A stretch of DNA of 64,000 bases. Source: Bacteroidaceae bacterium (GTDB lineage: Bacteria; Bacteroidota; Bacteroidia; Bacteroidales; Bacteroidaceae). Of the stretch, positions 18,128-26,723 are shown piece by piece (position 1 is the first letter of the stretch; each line of letters opens with the position of its first letter). The notes under the pieces were generated by a model, which worked only from the letters and a program-made list of their open reading frames with translations, was not told where the DNA came from and did not search any database. The stretch spans positions 59,106 through 123,105 of the forward strand of contig JAGCPB010000058.1 in assembly GCA_017642425.1 (NCBI GenBank). The letters run 5' to 3'. Made by a program: the position numbers and the translations under genes.

Positions 18128-19474
18128 TCACACGCCAAAATAGTTGCCAGGCGTTATGGCTTTAAGTTCCTGTTTAATATTATCGTTAACGTTAAGTCCG
18201 TCAATAAATTCACTTATAGATTGCTGAGTCACCTGACTGTTGGTGCGGGTAAGCGCCTTGAGTGCCTCATACGGATGGGGATAACCCTCACGGCGCAGTA
18301 TTGTCTGTATGGCCTCGGCAACCACGCTCCAGCATCCGTCCAGATCAGCCGCAATCTTATGCTCGTTTATAAGCAGCTTGCCCAGACCCTTGAGTGAACT
18401 TGCAATGGCTATCATCTGATGTCCGAACGGAACACCTATGTTACGGATAACCGTTGAGTCAGTAAGGTCACGCTGCAACCTGGATACCGGCAATTTGCGT
18501 GCCAAATGCTCAAGAATGGCGTTTGCCATGCCCAGATTACCCTCGGCGTTCTCAAAATCTATAGGATTGACCTTATGAGGCATAGCGCTTGAACCCACCT
18601 CACCGGCCTTTATCTGCTGCTTGAAATACTCCATTGATATGTACTGCCAGAAGTCGCGGTTCATATCTATCTGGATGGTGTTCATGCGCTTCATGGCATC
18701 AAACAGGGCAGCCAGATTGTCATAGTTTGAAATCTGTGTTGTATATTCCTCACGCACCAGTCCAAGCTTATCGGCAAGGAACTTGGCTCCGAATGCTTTC
18801 CAGTCAATATCGGGATAAGCTACATGGTGGGCGTTGAAATTACCTGTTGCACCGCCGAACTTGGCCGACAGAGGCACAGCCTTGAGCTGCTTGAGCTGCT
18901 CGCGCAGACGATAGGCAAACACCTCAATCTCCTTACCCAGACGCGTGGGTGATGCAGGCTGTCCGTGGGTACGGGCCAGCATGGGAACATCCTTCCAGCG
19001 CTGTGCATACTCCTCCAGCTTGTCAATGAGTGACTGGATGGCGGGGTAATAGACATTCTCCAGAGCCTCCTTTATTGACAGGGGCACTGAAGTATTGTTT
19101 ATATCCTGTGATGTAAGTCCAAAGTGAATGAACTCCTTATACGGAACCAACTCAGGCACAAGGTCAAATTTCTCCTTAAGGAAATATTCAACTGCCTTGA
19201 CGTCATGGTTGGTAACCTTCTCAATATCCTTTATATGAGCGGCATCATCCTCAGTAAAATTCTGCCAGATTCCACGCAAGCCATCCAGTGATGCGCGTGA
19301 AACACCTGCCAGCTGCGGTAGCCGGAATTCACAAAGTGCCGTAAAGTACTCGATCTCTACTCTTACCCTATACTTAATCAGTGCAAACTCTGAAAAGTAA
19401 GATGCAAGTTCCTGTGTTTTGCCGTGGTAACGTCCGTCTATCGGAGACACGGCGGTTAGTTCGTCCAATTTCAC
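18128..19474 (-). CDS. purB: Adenylosuccinate lyase
   Basis: I start at GTG 19474, giving MKLDELTAVSPIDGRY, the usual spacing before SPIDGRY. The track ORF starts at an upstream TTG. Confidence 0.93.
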   Translation of the reverse strand: MKLDELTAVSPIDGRYHGKTQELASYFSEFALIKYRVRVEIEYFTALCEFRLPQLAGVSRASLDGLRGIWQNFTEDDAAHIKDIEKVTNHDVKAVEYFLKEKFDLVPELVPYKEFIHFGLTSQDINNTSVPLSIKEALENVYYPAIQSLIDKLEEYAQRWKDVPMLARTHGQPASPTRLGKEIEVFAYRLREQLKQLKAVPLSAKFGGATGNFNAHHVAYPDIDWKAFGAKFLADKLGLVREEYTTQISNYDNLAALFDAMKRMNTIQIDMNRDFWQYISMEYFKQQIKAGEVGSSAMPHKVNPIDFENAEGNLGMANAILEHLARKLPVSRLQRDLTDSTVIRNIGVPFGHQMIAIASSLKGLGKLLINEHKIAADLDGCWSVVAEAIQTILRREGYPHPYEALKALTRTNSQVTQQSISEFIDGLNVNDNIKQELKAITPGNYFGV

Positions 19475-19550
19475 AATAAAAACAATCTGTAAATTAATCC
19501 TCTTTCCAATTATTTTCAAGTATCACTCAATCTGCTTCTCAGCAGCGCTG

Positions 19551-19558
19551 CAAAATTA
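19551..19558 (-). promoter_or_regulatory. -7 promoter box (TAATTTTG) for purB
   Basis: TAnnTTTG match on the minus strand in the divergent intergenic region. Confidence 0.45.
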
Positions 19559-19570
19559 GCAAGAAATTCA

Positions 19571-19578
19571 TAATTTTG
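19571..19578 (+). promoter_or_regulatory. -7 promoter box (TAATTTTG) for the MFS transporter gene
   Basis: TAnnTTTG match 30 nt upstream of the ATG at 19609. Confidence 0.45.
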
Positions 19579-19608
19579 CGCATTCGCAAATATCAAAAAA
19601 TCAAAAAT

Positions 19609-20982
19609 ATGTCACAGACAGCAATCAAAAAAATCAGTGAGAGCAAGGGTGCACGCTGGGCCGCCCTTATAATCGTGTCGTTCACCATGATGTGGGGTTA
19701 CTTCCTGACCGATGCCCTTTCACCCCTGATGACCATGCTCGAGGAGCAGATGGGATGGACCAGCCTTGAGTTCGGGCAGTTCAACTGGGCCTATTGCTGG
19801 TTCAACGTATTCCTGTTCATGCTGATATTCGGAGGCATCATTCTGGACAAGATGGGAGTACGGTTTACCGGTATTGTAACCTGTATCCTGATGTTTGCAG
19901 GTGCCCTGATAAAATACTATGCTGTAAACTATATTTCACCGGGTGCCGAGGCCGGAACAATATTCGGAATGCGCACTCAGGTGTTCGTGGCCTGCCTTGG
20001 TTATGCCATATTCGCCGTAGGTACAGAAAACTGCGGTATCACGGTATCCAAGGTCATAACCAAATGGTTTGCCGGCAAGGAGCTGGCTCTGGCCATGGGC
20101 GTTCAGGTGGCAGTAGCCCGTCTGGGTACGGCAGCCGCCCTGGTGTTCAGCCCCATGATAGTAAAGCATTTCTCACTGTCAGCCCCGCTGCTCTTCTCGG
20201 CCGTTCTGCTCTGCATAGGATTCCTGGCCTATCTGGTATTCTGCCACATGGACAAGAAGTTTGATGCCGAGGTTGCACAGGCACAGACCGAGCCCGATGA
20301 CGTATTCAAGGTAAAAGACCTGAAGCTTATCATCACCAACCGCGGTTTCTGGCTTCTGGCACTGCTCTGCCTCATGTTCTATTCGGCTGTATTCCCGTTC
20401 ATGAAATACGCTGCATCACTCATGGAGAACAAGTACGGCGTGAGCACCACCCTGGCCGGTATCATACCCAGCCTTATCCCATTTGGTAACCTTATTATGA
20501 CCCCGCTGTTCGGCGGCATATATGACAAGAAAGGCAAGGGTGCAACCATCATGATAATCGGTTCACTGCTTCTGATATTGGTACACGTTCTGTTTGCACT
20601 GCCCCTGCTCAACTACTGGTGGTTTGCAGCATTCATCATGATTATACTGGGCGTAGCATTCTCACTTGTACCGTCGGCCATGTGGCCCAGCGTGCCCAAG
20701 ATCATACCGCAAAAGCTGGTAGGTTCGGCATATGCGCTCATATTCTGGGTCCAGAACATAGGTCTGGGATTCGTACCCCTGCTCATTGGCGGCATACTTG
20801 ACAAATACTGCAAGGCCGGAACACGTCTTGTTGAGGGTGCCGAGGTTACCCAGTACAACTACACTCTGCCAATGGTAATATTCGCACTGTTTGGTGTAGT
20901 GGCATTGCTGTTGGCCATGCGTCTTAAGGCAGTTGACAAGAAAGAGGGTTACGGACTTGAGGAGCCCAACATCAAGGCATAA
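19609..20982 (+). CDS. MFS transporter
   Basis: About 457 aa from ATG at 19609 (MSQTAIKK...), with roughly 12 predicted TM helices. Substrate unknown. Confidence 0.8.
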   Translation: MSQTAIKKISESKGARWAALIIVSFTMMWGYFLTDALSPLMTMLEEQMGWTSLEFGQFNWAYCWFNVFLFMLIFGGIILDKMGVRFTGIVTCILMFAGALIKYYAVNYISPGAEAGTIFGMRTQVFVACLGYAIFAVGTENCGITVSKVITKWFAGKELALAMGVQVAVARLGTAAALVFSPMIVKHFSLSAPLLFSAVLLCIGFLAYLVFCHMDKKFDAEVAQAQTEPDDVFKVKDLKLIITNRGFWLLALLCLMFYSAVFPFMKYAASLMENKYGVSTTLAGIIPSLIPFGNLIMTPLFGGIYDKKGKGATIMIIGSLLLILVHVLFALPLLNYWWFAAFIMIILGVAFSLVPSAMWPSVPKIIPQKLVGSAYALIFWVQNIGLGFVPLLIGGILDKYCKAGTRLVEGAEVTQYNYTLPMVIFALFGVVALLLAMRLKAVDKKEGYGLEEPNIKA

Positions 20983-20991
20983 CACGGATAT

Positions 20992-22353
20992 ATGGAGAAG
21001 AAGAGGGAGCGTTTTGACAGCCACATAGGAATGATTCTGGCCATTGCCGGATCTGCCGTGGGACTTGGCAATATGTGGCGGTTCCCGTTCCTGGCCGCAC
21101 AGAACGGCGGCGGCGCGTTCATATTCGTCTACCTGATCCTGCTCCTCACCATCTGCATTCCGGTACTGATGACCGAGATTACGCTGGGGCGCAAATGCCG
21201 CACCAACGTAACCCGCGTCTATGACAAACTGGGAGCCCCGCGCTGGCGTTGGGCCGGATTCCTTACTCTGCTCACCCCAATCGTAATCATGGCGTTCTAT
21301 ACCGTGGTGGGCGGCTGGTCTGTCAAATACCTTGTACAGGCATGCGCATTCAACTTTACCGCTCCCGATGCAGATTACTCAGGCATGTTCGGCGGATTCA
21401 TCAGCTCCACCTGGGAACCATTGGTTTACACCATTATATTCCTTGTTATAACTGCTGCAGCCAACTTTGGTGGCGTAAAGAACGGAATAGAGAGGTTCTC
21501 CAAGCCCATGATGACAGTGCTCTCCATCACGATAATACTGGTGGCAATCCGCTCCCTAACTCTTCCCGGTGCATCAGAGGGTACAAAGTATCTGCTTATA
21601 CCTGATTTCAGCAAGATTGACGGCAAGGTGCTCATTACCGCACTGGGCCAGGCGTTCATGTCGCTCAGCATAGGTATAGGCATACTGCTTACCTACGGGT
21701 CATACGTAAAGACCAAGGAGGATATAGCAATGACCGCCATCACAACCGGCCTGATAGATACTCTGTTTGCCATAATAGCCGGTCTGGCCATCATCCCCGC
21801 CGTATATGCAATCGCCTATATGAACGGCACCGCTCCGGCCGTGAACGCAGGCCCCGGACTGGTGTTCATCACCCTGCCGGGAGTGTTCGCCTCAATGCCT
21901 GGCGGCAGCATCATAGCCATACTGTTCTTCATGTCGCTGCTGCTGGCCGCCGTGACATCGGCCATTTCAATGCTTGAGGTTATTGTGCGCTATTTCATTG
22001 AGGAGTGGAAACTGAGCCGCAACGGCGCAGTAATAGTGAGCATGGTGATCATAATACTGCTGGGCTGTGTCTGCTCGCTGTCGCAAGGCACGTTGTCAGG
22101 CATCACCATTCTGGGCAACAACATCTTTGATTTCTTTGACGTAATATCAAGTGATGTGCTCATTACCGTGGGCAGCCTGATAATGGTGCTCTTTGCCGGC
22201 TGGCGTATCAAAAAAGCCGGATTCCTGGACGAGCTTACCGGTCACGACACCTCCCACACCCCTCGCTGGATATTCACGTTTGTCTGGTTCATGGTCCGCT
22301 GGGTTGCACCCATCGTCATCATTGTAATCATGCTCAGCAATTTCCTGCTATAA
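20992..22353 (+). CDS. Sodium-dependent transporter (neurotransmitter:sodium symporter family)
   Basis: 453 aa with the NSS signature GLGNMWRFPFLAAQNGGGAF. Confidence 0.88.
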   Translation: MEKKRERFDSHIGMILAIAGSAVGLGNMWRFPFLAAQNGGGAFIFVYLILLLTICIPVLMTEITLGRKCRTNVTRVYDKLGAPRWRWAGFLTLLTPIVIMAFYTVVGGWSVKYLVQACAFNFTAPDADYSGMFGGFISSTWEPLVYTIIFLVITAAANFGGVKNGIERFSKPMMTVLSITIILVAIRSLTLPGASEGTKYLLIPDFSKIDGKVLITALGQAFMSLSIGIGILLTYGSYVKTKEDIAMTAITTGLIDTLFAIIAGLAIIPAVYAIAYMNGTAPAVNAGPGLVFITLPGVFASMPGGSIIAILFFMSLLLAAVTSAISMLEVIVRYFIEEWKLSRNGAVIVSMVIIILLGCVCSLSQGTLSGITILGNNIFDFFDVISSDVLITVGSLIMVLFAGWRIKKAGFLDELTGHDTSHTPRWIFTFVWFMVRWVAPIVIIVIMLSNFLL

Positions 22354-22354
22354 G

Positions 22355-22846
22355 TTACAATATCTCTATTGCTATGCGGGCGCAGGCCTCGGCATCGGCC
22401 AGCGCGTGATGATGGTTCTCAAGACAGTAGCCGCAAGCCTGGGCTACAGTCTGGAGCTGGTGGTTGGGCAGGTTACGCAGTTTGCGGCGGGAGGCGCAGA
22501 GCGTATCATAGAAACGGTAATCCGGGTAATCCATCTGATAGACGCGGAACACGGCCTTCAGGCAGCCTTCATCAAAGGGGCTGTTGTGGGCCACAAGCGG
22601 AAGGCCCTCTATGAGCGGCTCTATCTGCTGCCATACCTTGGGGAACACAGGAGCATCATCAGTATCGGCACAGCACAGGCCGTGAACCTGCTGGCACCAG
22701 TAGTTGTAGTAGTTGGGCTCGGGCTGGATAAGTGAGTAGAACGTATCTGTAATCTCACCGTCATGCACTATGACCACACCCACCGAGCACACCGATGAGC
22801 GCTCATTGTTGGCTGTCTCAAAATCTATGGCCGCAAAATCTCTCAT
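22355..22846 (-). CDS. DnaQ-like DEDDh 3'-5' exonuclease
   Basis: 163 aa. Motifs AIDFETAN (Exo I), VAHNSPFDEGCL (Exo II) and HHALADAEA (Exo III). 1-nt stop/start overlap with the upstream lipoprotein gene. Confidence 0.8.
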   Translation of the reverse strand: MRDFAAIDFETANNERSSVCSVGVVIVHDGEITDTFYSLIQPEPNYYNYWCQQVHGLCCADTDDAPVFPKVWQQIEPLIEGLPLVAHNSPFDEGCLKAVFRVYQMDYPDYRFYDTLCASRRKLRNLPNHQLQTVAQACGYCLENHHHALADAEACARIAIEIL

Positions 22847-23991
22847 CAGATTGATTTGATCTTGTAGAAGAACAGGCAGGGATTTGATTCAAGTGTGGTC
22901 TTGTCAGCTACATCCTTAAACTTTTTCAGGAATGGGTCTGATGTCTTTTCCGGAAGGTCCTCACGCAACTGCATCAGACTCATTACTTTACCTATGCCTA
23001 TGAACCAATCCTGGTATGCCGCCCTGATGTTCTTTACGGGAAGTGTCTTGACATCATCCTCCAATGAATACCGGTAGCGTTTCTGCTTGCCGGTACTCTT
23101 GTCTATTATGTAGTAGTTGATTTCATGCAGCTCATTCATAAGGATGAATGAACCAGTCTCATACAGACCGGTAAATCCCACAAATTCATCTTCATTGTAC
23201 ATGGTGAATGCCGTGAAGAAATTAAAGTCCGTGATGTTCTTGAGTTCACTCTTGCCGGGAACATCATCCACTCCGGGAATCTGCTTCCAAGATGTCTCCT
23301 TGTCACCGTCAAGCACATATATAGCCGGTTCAAAGGGTGCAATGTAATAGAGCTTACCGTCAAATATGTTACACATGTGCTCACCGCAGAACTCAGCGGT
23401 GTTATCGGTTGAGAACGGTACGGATTTAAGTTCCCTGACACTGCCGTCCTTAAGGTCAACTATGGAATATAGCAGCCCGCTGTCATTGTAAATATAGTTG
23501 TGAACAAACAGCCTGCCGTCAGAGAGCAGACGCACATCGTAAATCAATGACTTCAATGCATCACATTCTGCCTTTCTTACAAAAGAGCCGTCATACCCAA
23601 AGTACAGCAGCTTACCTTGCGTGCCGTCAATCACACAGACCTGCCTGGAGTTGGTGTCAATATAGTAGGCCGACAGATAGAGATACTCGTTCGATGCGCG
23701 GCCTTTCATTCCATAACGGGCGTGCAGGGAACCGTCCATATTGAATGAATACAGGTTATCATCCGAAGAGATGAAAATAAGTGAGTCTTCTACAAAGATT
23801 TTCTGAATATCACCCAACGGGACATCCTTGGAGAGTTCCACAATACTGAAATCATCAAATACAATTTTATCGGCATTAGGATAAAGATTCTTATATCCAT
23901 ATTCCGCCACGGAACCATTCTTGCAACCCGATGCAAGACAGATCATTATGCAGCCTATTGCCGCCAGTCTGAATAAGTTGTTCAATTTCAT
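22846..23991 (-). CDS. Lipoprotein, probable 6-bladed beta-propeller (BF3164-like family)
   Basis: 381 aa with lipobox LASGC. Has the repetitive D/G/Y-rich strand pattern typical of Bacteroides DUF5128-type propellers. The family call is from memory. Confidence 0.55.
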   Translation of the reverse strand: MKLNNLFRLAAIGCIMICLASGCKNGSVAEYGYKNLYPNADKIVFDDFSIVELSKDVPLGDIQKIFVEDSLIFISSDDNLYSFNMDGSLHARYGMKGRASNEYLYLSAYYIDTNSRQVCVIDGTQGKLLYFGYDGSFVRKAECDALKSLIYDVRLLSDGRLFVHNYIYNDSGLLYSIVDLKDGSVRELKSVPFSTDNTAEFCGEHMCNIFDGKLYYIAPFEPAIYVLDGDKETSWKQIPGVDDVPGKSELKNITDFNFFTAFTMYNEDEFVGFTGLYETGSFILMNELHEINYYIIDKSTGKQKRYRYSLEDDVKTLPVKNIRAAYQDWFIGIGKVMSLMQLREDLPEKTSDPFLKKFKDVADKTTLESNPCLFFYKIKSI

Positions 23992-24025
23992 TTTATTGGA
24001 AATTTTTTAGGGCTAAAGGGTCGGT

Positions 24026-24922
24026 TTATTCCTTGTTCCTCTTTCTGAAACTGTGACGGTCTATCACCATGACATCTTCTGTAAGAGCCTCAAGCGGATC
24101 TTTCATCTGCGCAGGATTGGTATACAGGTCCTTCAGGAATTTCAGGGCATTCACAAAGTAAAAGCCGTCACAGAAACGTTCATCGGTCACTACATGGAAA
24201 GGCATGCGCTTGCCTATAGTCAGTTCACCGCCTTCAACAACCGGTATCATCGCTTCTTTACCCATTGAGAAGAATAACCCGGTGTTTCCAAAATCATAAA
24301 GGTGATGGAAAATGGAAGGTCCTTTTATTGACTTAAGATTAGTGACAAAAGCAGATGTATGGAAAGGGCTTACGTTTATTACGGACATCGGCAGAATACC
24401 ATGCTTGTCCAGAAACCTGATGAGCCAGATCAGGAAAGCTATTATCATGTTGGGCGTGAAAGTGATGAGCCGGGCCAGTTTGTCAGTACCGTTATCGGCA
24501 TCAGGCTTGTTGTTGGCAGCAATGGCTTCATTAACCTTGTCTCGCACCTGGGCAATGGTCTCCAATCCGGTGAAATCAAGTTTTACGGTAGTTTCGGCCG
24601 CCTCGTCACTAAGGCTCTTCTTAACCACAAAAGAGACATTTATTGCATTGCGGCTATAGATTCGGCCGTTCATGATAAAACGGTTCAAACGGGGATAACG
24701 GGCTATGACACGTACAATGCCGGCAATGATTATATGCATATAATTGTAGGTGCCGTTGCCGTTTGCCAGTTCATCCTTGATAAAGGCATCCAAAGGCTCG
24801 CACGGAAGGTCTAAACCTGTCAAATTCTGCGAATCGTGACGATGCCGCATGATATGCGGTATGATACGCTGAATGGGATCTATGTCCCTGACTTTCTTTC
24901 CGTCTGGTCTGTGTCCGAACAT
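24026..24922 (-). CDS. 2-oxoacid dehydrogenase acyltransferase / CAT-fold family protein (atypical active-site motif)
   Basis: I start at ATG 24922 (MFGHRPDGKKV...). The GTG at 24949 lies inside a hairpin. The C-terminal motif DERFCDGFYF aligns with DHRxxDG (E2) and HHAVCDG (CAT). Confidence 0.55.
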   Translation of the reverse strand: MFGHRPDGKKVRDIDPIQRIIPHIMRHRHDSQNLTGLDLPCEPLDAFIKDELANGNGTYNYMHIIIAGIVRVIARYPRLNRFIMNGRIYSRNAINVSFVVKKSLSDEAAETTVKLDFTGLETIAQVRDKVNEAIAANNKPDADNGTDKLARLITFTPNMIIAFLIWLIRFLDKHGILPMSVINVSPFHTSAFVTNLKSIKGPSIFHHLYDFGNTGLFFSMGKEAMIPVVEGGELTIGKRMPFHVVTDERFCDGFYFVNALKFLKDLYTNPAQMKDPLEALTEDVMVIDRHSFRKRNKE

Positions 24923-24998
24923 AAGCGGTTTTTTTTGAATAAGCCCCACCTGCCCTTAAAGCAGATGGGACTTATCATTATCTGTAATCCTTAAAGAA

Positions 24999-26663
24999 TC
25001 AGCTTTCTGTTGCAGCCTCAATCTTCTTGAGCATTGCGAACATGATCAATGCGGCAATGAGGCAGAGAGCCATCAGGATTGTCCAGTTCATCCACAGCGG
25101 AACCCTATCCCACAGCATTGACGGGATTGAACTCAGGTAGTTGCCGATAGCTGTTGCGGCAAACCAGCAACCCATCATCAGGCCCTTGTACTTGGGAGGA
25201 GCCACCTTGCTCACGAATGAAATACCCATGGGTGAGAGCAGCAGTTCTGCAAATGTCAGTACCAGATAGGTATTGATAAGGTATGTGGGTACAACGGGAT
25301 CAGGTGATACTGCACCGTTCAGGCTTGAAGGTGTGGGCTGTCCGGCCGATGCCAGAAGCATCACTGCATAACCCAGAGCAGCCACAAGCATACCCAGACC
25401 GATCTTCTTGGGTGCTGAAGGCTCTTTGTCCTTCTTGGCCAATGCGCCGAATATGGCCATCGATACAGGTGTCAGGGCAACCACAAAGAACGGGTTGAAC
25501 TGCTGGAACTCCTGCGGCAGAATGGGGCGCGGATCTTCCATGCCACGATAGAGCAGATAAGCGCCGCCCCAAAGCAACAGGGTAATTACACCGCAGATTG
25601 ACTTGGCTTTTGATGTCTCAGACTGGAAGGCGCCAAACAGCGTGTAGATTGAAGCTGCAATCAGAGCCAGAGCCCAGATGTTGAATCCGACCTTGAGCGG
25701 ACCGGTAACGAACGGCTGCGTATAGTCACGTGCAAAATATGTGAGTGATGAACCGTTCTGATGGAATGCCATCCAGAAGAATATCACAACTGCAAATACC
25801 AGGATAAGGGCTATGATGCGGTCTCTGGTCTGCTTGGGTGTAAGTTCAACTGCAGCAGCTGAATCGGATGATGAAGCCTGACCGGCCTTGACATCAGCGT
25901 GCTTGAACCATGAGCGACAGCCAAGATAGATAGCAATTGAGAATATCAGTGATACGCATGCTACTGCAAATCCCATATTGTAAGCCACTGACAGATTGTC
26001 GATATAGTACTGGCAGAACTCTGTGATGCTCTTGCCTGCGGCGCCGGTCATGGAGTCTGCATAACCCTGCATGATCTGGAGATTTGACATGTCACCGCTA
26101 AGAATCTGGTTTGCGATGGCGGGTGCATCGGACTTGTAGAACAGGCCGGCAGAACCAAGTTTCCAGTTGGTAAGGGCTGTAGCTGCGGTTGGAGCGAACA
26201 TGGCGCCTACGTTGATAGCCATATAGAACAGGCTGAATGCAGAGTCTCTCTTGGCAGAGTACTTGGGGTCATCATAAAGGTTACCTACAAGCACCTGCAG
26301 ATTACCTTTGAACAGTCCCGTTCCCGATGCTATAAGCACCAGAGCCAGAATCATAAGGATGAGTCCGAATGTTGAAGCGGGGGTGGGAATGGCCAGGCAC
26401 AGGTAACCTATGAACATGACGCTCACACCTGTGACCACGCACTTTCCGAATCCGATCTTATCGGCCAGGATACCGCCTACAACCGGCATGAAATAGACCA
26501 CTGCAAGGAATGTGGCATAAAGCTGTCCGGCAGTACTTGCGGAGAATCCGAATTTAGCCTGCAGATACAGCAGGAAGATGGCTAACATAGTGTAGTAGCC
26601 AAAACGCTCGCCTGTGTTGGCTAATGCCAATGCAAACAGGCCTTTAGGTTGTCCTTTAAACAT
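24999..26663 (-). CDS. POT/PTR2-family di-/tripeptide:proton symporter
   Basis: 554 aa with the PTR2 signature ANTGERFGYYTMLAIFLLYL...GGILADK. Confidence 0.88.
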   Translation of the reverse strand: MFKGQPKGLFALALANTGERFGYYTMLAIFLLYLQAKFGFSASTAGQLYATFLAVVYFMPVVGGILADKIGFGKCVVTGVSVMFIGYLCLAIPTPASTFGLILMILALVLIASGTGLFKGNLQVLVGNLYDDPKYSAKRDSAFSLFYMAINVGAMFAPTAATALTNWKLGSAGLFYKSDAPAIANQILSGDMSNLQIMQGYADSMTGAAGKSITEFCQYYIDNLSVAYNMGFAVACVSLIFSIAIYLGCRSWFKHADVKAGQASSSDSAAAVELTPKQTRDRIIALILVFAVVIFFWMAFHQNGSSLTYFARDYTQPFVTGPLKVGFNIWALALIAASIYTLFGAFQSETSKAKSICGVITLLLWGGAYLLYRGMEDPRPILPQEFQQFNPFFVVALTPVSMAIFGALAKKDKEPSAPKKIGLGMLVAALGYAVMLLASAGQPTPSSLNGAVSPDPVVPTYLINTYLVLTFAELLLSPMGISFVSKVAPPKYKGLMMGCWFAATAIGNYLSSIPSMLWDRVPLWMNWTILMALCLIAALIMFAMLKKIEAATES

Positions 26664-26723
26664 TAGTTGGTTATTTAATTGTTTTATTTATAGTAATAAA
26701 TTGACCGCTAATATAAGAAAAAA

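Noticed and set aside
24923-24949. GTG-initiated 9-codon extension of the CAT-fold gene
   Set aside because: The GTG lies inside the ccccacctgc/gcagatggg hairpin downstream of the POT gene. The ATG at 24922 gives the family-typical MFGHRPDG N-terminus.
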